Shown: positions 17,139-26,775 of the stretch, piece by piece | How the letters are laid out: every line of letters begins with the position of its first letter | How positions within the stretch are numbered: the first letter of the stretch is position 1 | NCBI GenBank assembly: GCA_963788655.1 | Contig: CAWBHS010000097.1 | Coordinates: 1-41,825 of the forward strand | Length of the DNA: 41,825 bases | From: an uncultured Verrucomicrobiae bacterium | GTDB taxonomy: Bacteria > Verrucomicrobiota > Verrucomicrobiia > Limisphaerales > JAFGQR01 | Reading direction: 5' to 3' | Translations under genes and position numbers: made by a program | The notes under the pieces: generated by a model | Told to the model about the DNA's origin: nothing | Databases searched by the model: none | Seen by the model: only the letters and a program-made list of their open reading frames with translations

Positions 17139-20100
17139 TCAATCGTCATCGTCGTCGTCTGGAATCCGCGTACGGGCGCGGTAAAACCGGTGCGTCGCGT
17201 TGGTGGCGTAGTTGTCCACCACCTCGATTTCCGCGCCCGCCGCAGGACTCCAGACTTGGGCCACATAATACCAAAGCACGAAGTCCCTCGAAGCCTCCAC
17301 CGTATAAATCAAGCCAGGCGCGCCTTCCAGTCTCAAACGCACGGAACCGTCTGTCGCGCGCCGCAACGAGTGCAGGCGTGCGGCTGCGTCTGTGGCCACA
17401 AAGCGCGCCGTCACGCGGTTAGCACCCTTGTGCGCGGTTGACGGACCAAAGTATCCGACCAGATACCCGCTTCCCGTGGCGGCGATCTGTGGGGCGTTCC
17501 TCCGAGAATGGCCCGGGTTCGATATGAACGCTCCGCGTTTGCAGCACCGTTCCGTCGCCCAGAACTGCCGTGCCGTATATGTCGCAGGGGTTGCGCGAGT
17601 TGGAGAGGTATTCATCCTGCCAGACCACGAAGTAATCGCTGCCGTTGGCGGCAAGGGTGGGATTCCTTTGGTCGCGCGGGCCAATGCCCACCGCAATACC
17701 GTGCGGGTCCAACACCGTTCCCTCGCGGGTCACGCGGGCGCCAAAGATATCAAATCCCGACCGGCCCCGTTCATCTTCCCAAACCACGAAGTACTCTTGG
17801 CCATTGCTGGCGACGCTGGGGTCTCGCTGGTCTTCGGGCGCGACGCTGATGGGAATGCCGGTCCGATCCAGAACGCGTCCGTCCAACATCACACGCGCTC
17901 CGTAAATGTCCCGCCCGGACACGGCGTCGTTTCGCCGGTCGTGCCAGACGACAAGATATTCTTGTCCGCTGGTCGCCACGTCGGGGTTTCGCTGGTCGGC
18001 TGGGAGTCTGGCAATCTCGATCTGGTCGCCCACTGGGCTTCCAGCAGGAGCTACGCGGATCGCGTAGATGTCCGTCTCCGAAAACCGCTCATCTTCCCAC
18101 ACGACCAAATAGCTGCTCGCGTGCCCGGCCACAACGGGATCGCGCTGGTCGCCGTACGAGGAGAGTGCATTGCCGATTGGCGAGACAATCGTTCCAGCGT
18201 CGGTCACGACGGTGCCGTAGATGTCGCGCTGGCTAATGGCTTCATTGCGAAAGTCCTCCCAGACCACCAGAAAGTCCTGGCCATCGCTGGCGACGGCGGG
18301 ACGCAGTTGGTCGGCGGAGCTCTGATTGATTTCGAGGCCATTCGGATCCATGATGGTGCCGTCAAAGGCAAGGCGCGTGCCCAGAATGTCGTATTCAACT
18401 TCGGAGGTGCTGAAACTGTGCCGGCTATCTTCCCACACCATGAGCAGCAGCCGGCCATTGCTCGCCAAGCGCGGCCGTTCCTGGCTGTTAGGCACGCGGC
18501 GCGAGGCAAGCCGTTCGTAGGTCAGCACGGTTTCTCCCTGGACGTTCAACAAGGCCACAGCAATGCTCACCGGTTCCCCCGGCTTTTCCCACGCGACTAA
18601 GGAATTCCCACCCACGCTGGCCGAGCGCGGTGCGCGGGATTCAGCGGCTGCCACACGCTGCTCTGTGTGGATCGGCAAACCCGACGACGATAACAGGCGA
18701 AAGTAAATATCGAAGCCGTCGCCGCTCCGTCGATCCAGCCAGCTTAAGAGATAATCCGTTCCATCAAAAGATAGGGCGGGGTGAAGTTGCTCTTCGGCTG
18801 CCTGCACCAGGGAAATGCTCTGGCCGTCCAGCACAACGCCATCCGCCGTCACGCGGGCCCCACGCAGATCTTCACGTTGGGATACCGGTTCATGCTCGGC
18901 CCAGGCGACGAAATAGTTTGTGCCGTCACACGCAATCGCCGGCCAGCTTTGATAACTGACCGCCGCGCGGATCAACACAGGTTCGGGGGTTAAGATCTCC
19001 CCCGCAGATATCTCACGCGGACACCATAAATGTTGTTTGTAAGCGATGAGGTGAGAGGGGATTCGGCCCAGATAACGAAGAACTCTCGGCCATTGCTGGA
19101 AATGGCCGGTTGCTTCTGCCAGGAGGAGTTGGAATGAAGCTGCTCCAGATTCGTCAGCACTGGTAATCCGTTGCTGAAACGAATGCCGCGCGCAACAATC
19201 TTGCTGGCCGAGAGCGAGCCGACGTAATAGCTGCCTTCCCATGCTACCAGGTAAGCGCCCCCGGCATTGGCAATGACCGGCTCACCCGCCGGAGGAGACG
19301 AAAAAGACAATTGGATCCCGTCCGGTTCCAACACCTCCCCTTCAGCAGTCACCCGGCTTCCTCGGAGGAACCTGATCGTCGAGCCGAATTGGTCCACGTC
19401 CCGCTGCCATACTACGAAGAAATCCTGCCCGTCGCTCGCCACAGCCGGCAGCGTGTCATCGGCGCCCGGAGAACTGATCCTCAATCCGGTTGGATCGAGG
19501 ATCTGTCCCGAGGAACCAACGCGGGTGCCGACGATGCTACGGAAGAATTGTAACCCGTCGGACCACACGACGAGGAAATCCGTACCGCTGGCAGCGATCG
19601 CCGGCTGCCGTTGTTCCCAGGGCGATGGAACCAGCACCGGTTCGTCCATCCCAAACTCCACGCCGATGAACGGATCCACCGCCACGGGATAGTCCGCCTG
19701 TGCCAGAAAACGTTCGGGCACCAAAATCCGCAGGTGTCGCCCGTCCCAGCGTGTGATTAAGTCTTCTGTGCGGCCCGCCTTGTCCACAGCCACACTGGGT
19801 CCGAACCGAATCCGGGGCTGGCCATCCCGGTCTGCGAAATGATGACCTCCAGCGGACACGCCGGCAAAGTCCGCACCGGTCACTTCCATCGCAATCTCAA
19901 CCGAGCCCGAGCCGGCTGGCCGTCGTCCAATGACCCAGCTCAGTTCGACCCCGTCGCGCCGTGTTTCGTAGTGTTCCAGCAGGTTCAACTCGCTCACCAA
20001 GGGCGTCTGCGCCGTATTCCCGACGACGCGCCAATGCAGCGGCATGGTTTCTCTGGCCAGCCACTCGCGATCTCCCTGGCGCGCGGATACTGTCCGCAGC

Positions 20101-20681
20101 TCGGCGCTAAGCGGTGATACATCGGAAGCCCCGCCCGCTCCCGCAACGGCGCGGGCTGCTGGCGGGTGCGCCACAAAACGCAGACCGTGCGCCTGGAAAG
20201 TCGCGGTGTACGTCCGGGTTTCGAGTGTCGGTGCATCGGATTCGTTTCGCCGCGCGATGGCGCAGGAAACCCGCTCCATTACCTCCGCTACGTCAAGGCC
20301 GGCGACATCAGAAACTGTGGAATGCATCGATGAACGGGAGCCTCTGGCGGCCGGCGACTGTTGTGGCTTTGGCGGGTGAGGCCGCCAAAATTCTGCGCCA
20401 TACGGAATCGATTCGTCCTTGGTAGCTTCTTGCGCCGGCTCTCGACTCGAGTTCAAAGGCGGCGCCTGCCCTGAGACTAAGAGCGCAGGCGCAGGGTCTG
20501 GCTGTTCGGCTGCCCCTCCGGGATGGTCTGGCTGGGACGGCGCAATCTGGCCGACATCACCGGACCAAAGGGCGACCAGCAAGGCCAGCAGGAAGGCCGC
20601 ACAGGCCGCCCCCGCGGAGTATAACCCAAAACGGCCTTTCCCGCCGTTAGTAGCCTTGGGGTTAACGGTTTTTGGTTTCAT
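17139..20681 (-). CDS. Large secreted/surface protein with about 14 repeats (P-x-V-A-S-x-G-x-x-Y-L-V-V-W...DIYGARV) and a C-terminal RFYRA domain; split over three frames
   Basis: ORFs 18990-20681, 17419-19242 and 17139-17696 join at apparent frameshifts near 19015 and 17525. N-terminal hydrophobic segment; YPVAVDP motif precedes the repeats. Confidence 0.8.
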
Positions 20682-20790
20682 GATAGCTGTAAAGTAAAGG
20701 GGTCAGTAAAGGGGTCAGTCCTCACTATTGACACTTCCTTCTTCCTTTCCTGAGGTGGTCGGATCGGCAAACCAATTCGGGAAGGCAAGC

Positions 20791-21899
20791 TCATGGTGAA
20801 CCCGCTGAACCGGTTTGCGTTTGCGGCGCGCAGCACAGGCCGCGGATGCCTTCGAGGTTCAGCCGGAAAAAGCGCATCGTGTTCGTGCGCGACACGGCGA
20901 AAACGTTCGTGCCGCCCGTGTCCACCGGCTGCCAGTCCGCTGTTTTGAGGTTCGCCAAATTTCGGGTGAACCGATGATGCCGAGGATATCACGCCCAACC
21001 ACCACGTGGGAATTGTTGATCGCCGATGGTACGGTATCATTGCCACCTAGGTTGGGAAGTTCCACGGCGCTGTTGCTGAAAACGATAAAACCGCGCCGTG
21101 TCGGTGCTCCGGCCGCGCCGACGATCACTCCCTGGTTGTTCATTGCCGTTGGATAACCGGAGCTGGCTCCCCAGGCGAATAGTCCTCCCACATCCGTTAG
21201 CCCTGATGCGGCGGTGTAACGGAAGGTGTGCGAGGTGGTGTCGTCGGGCCAATCGTGAGTAACGCCGTTGGTTGTGTTTCCGCCGCCTGCCACCCAGCCC
21301 AGGTCGTTGATCGCAAAGCCTGAACTGTAAGTTCCCCCTGGGAGCGTGCCGAGCGCCTCGATACCCACCCCGGGGGTGTAACGGAATCCCATATTGGGCT
21401 CGTGGTAGTCAGCGGAATTGTCCGAAGTATCACTTTTGCCAGTGACTTGGCCTTGGTTGTTAAATGCAAACACGAAGGTGTTGGACCCACCGAGCGTCCC
21501 AATATCCACCAATCCCTCGTTGTCATTGTAAACAAAGCCATGCAAGTAGCGGTTCTCAAGGTCGTACCAGTACGTCCCAGCCACCTGGCCCTGATTATTG
21601 ATTAACTCCCCGTCGTCCCAACTGCAATAGATTCCCAGCCACTCGATCTTCTGGCCCGATTTCAGGCGGAACACTTCAGCCATGCCCAATTCGTCGATCC
21701 AAATCGTCCCCGCCATATCGCCGAAATCGTTGATCGAGATCTGGGCCGAATCACCGAGCAGCGGCGTGAGGTCTATCGCACTGTAGCGCGGTTGGGCCCA
21801 GGCCTGCCCTGCGGACAGCCAGCCGAGCAGAGAGAGAGAGAGAGAGAGAGAGAACGAATCCGTGGGTTTCTTTGAATTGTTTTCATAGGCGACCATCAC
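20791..21899 (-). pseudogene. HAF-repeat (DUF3466-like) secreted protein, frameshifted/internally deleted into the shared C-terminal tail
   Basis: Signal peptide; INDFGDMAG, INNQGQVAG, LVDIGTLGGS, LGTLPGGTYSSGFAINDLG repeats. Near 20950 it switches frame to ANLKTADWQPVDTGGTNVFAVSRTNTMRFFRLNLEGIRGLCCAPQ...*. Confidence 0.75.
21829..21852. repeat. (AG)12 dinucleotide tract within the signal-peptide coding region
   Basis: Counted directly; encodes SLSLSLSL on the minus strand. Confidence 0.9.
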
Positions 21900-22549
21900 A
21901 GCTATTTGTTAACCTTCCAACGTCCTAACCGCGATCTCAGCAGGAATGGCCATTGGTGTCAACATTATTTTTAAAAAATGTGATTTTTTATTTGGCCTTT
22001 AAATCCTGGATTAAAGAGCGCTGGGGCAGCGGCGTCAGCGCCAGTCGGATAATAAGTCGCTGCCGACGTGAGGAGGCTCATTCTTGCCGTGAAACGTGCG
22101 ATGTTCCAGGAATATCAGATCGTTACAGAAGGAAAGGAAGGGCACGAAGAGTTGAGGGGAAAACGGTGTGGACAGTAGTGGTCGCCGTGGTCACCCAATC
22201 GCGAACAGGTTACTGGTAAACCGAATCAATGTTTCACCTGGCCTGGCGCCTTCGTTCTCTTTGTTTCCTGCTGTTGAATTGAATTGTCACGGCTTGAGCC
22301 GTATCCATTCGTTTAAAGCACCACGGATTGCAGGTATGTGGTTTGTCAACGGGAATGTTTCGAAAAGGATTCTTTTTGCGGGTAGAGTGAACCTGCGGCT
22401 GGGAGGATAGGGCTCTGCAGGAGTGCAACCCGAGCGCCCAGTCGTCCGTGGATTGCGGATGCATCCACTCCCGGCGCTGCCTGGTGGTGGCGCCGGGAGA
22501 TTGCTTTAGGGGGATGCTTGAGCAAGCCACGGTCCGAAGCGATAAACTC

Positions 22550-23813
22550 ATCGTAGAGCATACGCTTAAGCCAAAGTGGCGGCGGGGTGGGAGTTGACGG
22601 GATATACTGTTTGTTTGGGTCCAGGACATAAGTACGGGTGGTTTTGAGCCTCTGATAGATTTCCTCCCGATAGGTCTCGCGGGGCTTGCCCAGAGATTGG
22701 AGTCCCTGCTGGCCCACCGAACCGATCATTTTGCGTGACTTTGCCGACCAGGCGCGCATCCATTTGCTCCAGCGGGGTCCAGCGGCCCATCATCAGATAC
22801 CAGACGGCGACGGTGAGTTTGCGGGCGATGGCGGCGACCGCCAGGTTGACGCTGCCCCTGGCGGCCAGCAGCTTCTTGCCCCAGCGGGCCAGGGGAGTTT
22901 TACCGGAGCGCAAGATGGCCTGGGCGCCCTCGATAAGCAGACGAGCGCAGGAGCTTGTGGCCGTGACCGCCGATGCCGCCGCTCCACTCCGAGTCTCCAC
23001 TGTCGTCAAAGGCGGGGTTGAGCCCGACATACTTGACGAGTTTCTTGGGGTGGGCGAAGCGCTGGATGTCCCCGACAAAAGCGCCCAGGGCGAAGGCGAC
23101 CACTTCCCGTATGCCGCACAGCCGCACGAGGCGAGAGCAGTTGGGGTTCGGCCAGCACTTCCTGGGCGATGAGGCTGCGCCAGTGCTGGCGTTGCTGGTC
23201 GGCATGGCGCAGTTCGGCCAGCAGGATCTCGATGACCTGCCACTGACGAGGGGACCACTCCCGTGCCTGGCGCAGTCGCCCGCTCGACCTCCCCGATTCG
23301 GGTCCAGCGAGTGCCCGGCTGGAGGCGCACGCCATTGTCGCTGAGATAGGAGCGCAGCCGCGCCTGGATCTGGGTGGTGCGTTTGGTGGCCTTGGTGTAA
23401 GCGTGGAACCAGTCACGCCATTCCTGGGTCTTGGGGTCGGGCACCCAGACCTCTTTGGCGGTGCCGGCCAGGTAGGCTTTGCCAATGCGCACGGCGCTGA
23501 GCTTGTCATTGTTGGCGTGCGCCTCCTTGAGCTTGCCCAACTGGCAACTCTCCAAGACCTTGGCCCGGCGCTCGACGGCCGCCAGGGTGCGGACCACCTG
23601 GAAGCTGTTGCCCGAAGCTTCCAGCGCGAACAGGTCTTGGGCCGTGGTGTGTTTCTTGGCCCAGCTGGTGAGCTGAGCCATCGGCACCTTGTTGAATACT
23701 TTTTCCACCACGGCGGCGGCCGGCGTAGCGCCGCACAGGACCGCCGCGGTGAAGCTGTCCGGGTGAGCGTCAAAACCAATCACCCGCTCGACAGAGTTTG
23801 CTTTGTCGTTCAT
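22550..23813 (-). CDS. IS110 family transposase/recombinase (several frameshifts; 3' end approximate)
   Basis: RuvC-like DEDD part VIGFDAH, ALEASGN, NNDKLSA. Tnp domain CGIREVVAFALGAFVGDIQRFAHPKKLVKYVGLNPAFDDSG, G-H-K-LLR..LIEGAQ, AVAAIARKLTVAVWYLM. Confidence 0.9.
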
Positions 23814-23831
23814 TCTATTTCCTATCGGTTA

Positions 23832-24032
23832 TGCAGACGGACGGAAACGGGTCAGGCGCTTACATGCACTCAGGTATGCGGGGCGGTCCCCATGTAGGTG
23901 CTTTGCGCCGGTGCTCATTCACGGAAACGGAGAGTGACTCCTAAGTTCATCCTCGAGCATCTCCCGTAAGCCCACCTGCGGGTTAGCTGACCAACAGGTC
24001 CTTAAGGTGACACCGCTTCCGTCCGTTCTGCA
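23832..24032 (-). ncRNA. Putative IS110 bridge-RNA-like structured non-coding RNA
   Basis: Long enclosing stem (23832-23854 with 24008-24032) and two stem/internal-loop/hairpin modules. One loop holds CATACCTGAG, matching the predicted donor junction; another holds TTTCCGTGA, resembling the target flank AATCCGCGA. Confidence 0.6.
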
Positions 24033-24299
24033 ACTGCGTCCTGAGTGTTCCAGGGCGCCCCGTTGACAAAACTCATACCCTCGCGGATTGACACGGATGG
24101 AAGAGGATTTAGCTGCAATAGGGAGCACCCATCCGTGCAATCCAGTAATCCGTGGTCAGTCCTTCGAGTTTTCTAGCGAACGTTTTCAGGGAACTGCCGA
24201 TGACCGTCAATAGCGAAGTTGTTTGGGGTTTCCTTGTGTTGTTCGGGTAACCGTTGCCGGGTGGCGGCGGGAGTTTTCCTGTACGCGCGAGGAGCCAAG

Positions 24300-24990
24300 C
24301 GAAAAAACAAGAAATCGAGTGTCCGCCGTGCTGGACGCGCATGGGTGCTGGTCCGCTCTGCCGGGGTTCATCACGGGAGTGACAGAGTTCCGGACGCACG
24401 TGGCGGCCATTGTCAAACAGGCCCAGGTGCAAAGCAGCAAGACCGGCGCGACTGCCGAGAAGGCGCTGGCGTTGCACAAGTTGGGCGACACGGCTTACGA
24501 GGTCGCCGCCGCGGTATATGCCTGTGCGGTGGCCACCGGCAATTCAGAACTGGCTGGGCGCATCAAGCACTCGTGGACTGAGGTTACCCAGGGCCGTGAT
24601 CCGGTGGTGGTGGCCCGTTGCCAGAACATTCACGCCGCCGCCACGGAGTATTTGGCGTCGTTAGGCAACTACGGCGTCACCGCGGCCAAGTTGACGGCGC
24701 TGGAAGAGCAGCTTGAGACGTTTCAGACGTTGCAGCCGAAGCCCCGCACCAACCGGACCGCGATGCACAGCGCGACGCAGGAGTTGCGAAAAGCCTTTGA
24801 CGCGGCGGATGGAGTGTTGGACCGGCAGTTGGACCGGTTGATAGTGCAGTTCAAAATCGCGGAGCCGGATTTTTGCAATCAATTCGCGGCGGCGCGGCGC
24901 CTGGTGAATCTGCCAGGGGTGCGGACAACTGCCCAAAACGTGGTGGCTGTGGACACGGCTCCGGCCGAAGAACTGCCGAAGGCGGCGTGA
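24300..24990 (+). CDS. Hypothetical all-helical protein (true start unclear, possibly damaged)
   Basis: Plausible coding body ...TGATAEK...GNSELA...YGVTAAKL...PR...AT..L...D..LDRQLD.LI..F....PDF...F.AAR; no clear ATG in frame. Confidence 0.65.
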
Positions 24991-25118
24991 GGAAGAGTTT
25001 AGTGGTGCAATTGCGTCGTTTCCGAAGGGGGAGGACGACGTGGGGAGAAGTGGATCCAAAGGCTCGGAACTCCTGATCTGGTGCTTTGGCGAGCTGACGG
25101 GCGTGGAATTGGTGTACG

Positions 25119-25285
25119 CCCCCCTCACCCCTCCCCTCCCCGCGGACCTCCTGGTGGGGGCGCTCGCGCTGCGAGCGCATGGCCTCGCAGCGCGCGGCCA
25201 TCCACCTCGACCGCGCTCCGGGTTCAGGGGCACAATGTGTGAGCTTGTTCGGGGTGTTCTCTCCCCCACATTGGGGAGAGGATGA
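25119..25285. repeat. CCCCTCACCCC...CTCTCCCC/GGGGAGAG palindromic intergenic repeat
   Basis: CCCCCTCACCCCTCCCCTCCCC at the left; hairpin CTCTCCCCCACATTGGGGAGAG at the right. Confidence 0.5.
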
Positions 25286-25446
25286 GGCTGGCGGTGGCGC
25301 GGGCGTCTTCGCCTGCGTGCATGCAGTGCCGCGCCCTACCGTGGCAATTGCGGTTAGGCGTGAGTTTCACAGAATACCCAACATCGAGTAAGCTCGTCGC
25401 AGTTTGTCGCTTGACCGTAGTGGGGGGAACCGTCTCTCATGGTTCG

Positions 25447-26772
25447 GTGGACAATCCCACGCCATTTGAACCAGGCAAACCGCCGTCGCAAGTTGCCAAC
25501 GTGCCGCAAGAGGTCACGGGGCAACCGCGCCGGGTGGTGGTGGGCCGCGTGCATTGGCGCGAAACCTTCGCCGCCTTGCGACATCGGAACTTCCGCTTGT
25601 TCTTTGTGGGGCAACTGATGTCGCTCACGGGAACGTGGATGCAAAACACGGCGCAGGGCTGGCTGGTCTATCAACTCACCGGATCCAAACTCATGCTGGG
25701 AGCGGTGGTGGCCGTCGGTTCCACGCCCATGATGTTGTTCTCCATGTGGGGCGGTTCGGTGGCGGACCGGCAGCCGAAACGCACCGTCGTCCTGTGTACG
25801 CAAAGCTGGATGATGCTGCTCGCGTTCGTGTTTGCCGCCATTGTGTGGACGGGCGTGGTGCAACCGTGGCACATCCTGGTGCTGGCGGCGTTCGGCGGTT
25901 CGGCCATGGCGTTTGACATGCCGGCCCGGCAGGCCTTCATGATGGAGATGACCAGCCGCGATGACTTGATGAACGCCGTCTCGCTGAACAGCTCCATCGT
26001 CAACGGCGCCCGCGTGATTGGCCCCGCGGTGGCCGGCATCGTGATGGCGCACGCCGGCATCGCCACCTGTTTCCTCCTCAACGGTCTGAGTTACGTGGCC
26101 GTGATCACCAGTCTCTTGCTCATGCGCTTGCCGAAGTTTAATCCACCCACCGCCGTCACATCCGCCTGGCAGCACGCGCTGGATGGGTTGGTGTATGCCG
26201 CCAAACACCGCCGGGTGCGCATCCTGTTGCTGCTCTTTGCGGTGGTGGGCGTGTTCGGCTGGTCGTATTCGGTGCTGATGCCGGCATTTGCCCAAGACAT
26301 TTTGCACATTGGCGAACGACAATACGGCACCTTGCTCAGCGCGAACGGTCTGGGCGCGCTGTTGGGCGCCTTGACGGTGGCCACGTTTGGCAACCGCGTC
26401 CGGCATCGCGTGCTGGTGCTGGGCGGTTTGTTGGTTTTTTCCAGCATGCTGCTGCTGCTGGCCATGACCCGCAATTTTTACATGGCGCTCGGTTGCATGG
26501 CGGTAGGCGGTTGGGGGTTGTTGCTGTATTTTTCGACGACCAACACGCTTATCCAAACCAGCGTAAGCGACGACATGCGCGGGCGGGTGATGGGAATCTG
26601 GGCCTTGGTATTCGGCGGCATGATGCCCATTGGCGGACTCGAAGCCGGCCTGCTCTCAAATGCGGTGGGCGTGCCGTGGACCATCGCGGTCGGCGCCATT
26701 GTGTGCGCTTCCGCGGCGTTTGCGACCTGGGGGCTGGTGCGACGCAATGCGGCAACGAGCAATAGGGAATGA
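25447..26772 (+). CDS. MFS transporter (MFS_3/DUF894-like)
   Basis: FAALRHRNFRLFFVGQLMSLTGTWMQ, GGSVADR..KR, FDMPARQAF, NAVSLNS..NGARVIGPAVAG, MRGRVMG. About 12 TM segments; start estimated at GTG 25447. Confidence 0.92.
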   Translation: MDNPTPFEPGKPPSQVANVPQEVTGQPRRVVVGRVHWRETFAALRHRNFRLFFVGQLMSLTGTWMQNTAQGWLVYQLTGSKLMLGAVVAVGSTPMMLFSMWGGSVADRQPKRTVVLCTQSWMMLLAFVFAAIVWTGVVQPWHILVLAAFGGSAMAFDMPARQAFMMEMTSRDDLMNAVSLNSSIVNGARVIGPAVAGIVMAHAGIATCFLLNGLSYVAVITSLLLMRLPKFNPPTAVTSAWQHALDGLVYAAKHRRVRILLLLFAVVGVFGWSYSVLMPAFAQDILHIGERQYGTLLSANGLGALLGALTVATFGNRVRHRVLVLGGLLVFSSMLLLLAMTRNFYMALGCMAVGGWGLLLYFSTTNTLIQTSVSDDMRGRVMGIWALVFGGMMPIGGLEAGLLSNAVGVPWTIAVGAIVCASAAFATWGLVRRNAATSNRE

Positions 26773-26775
26773 TTC

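Larger units (their letters stand above)
22332..24080 (-). mobile_element. IS110-family insertion sequence with near-terminal inverted repeats
   Basis: Transposase plus 19/21-identical IRs GGTATGTGGTTTGTCAACGGG (22333-22353) and CCCGTTGACAAAACTCATACC (24059-24079). The flanks rejoin into a CACGGAT-type repeat. Confidence 0.85.

Noticed and set aside
16588..20939. DGR template/variable repeat pair, given the Avd-like gene in the window
   Set aside because: The 7 mismatches are not adenine-specific (several are G/C swaps), both copies encode the same conserved peptide, and no reverse transcriptase is present.
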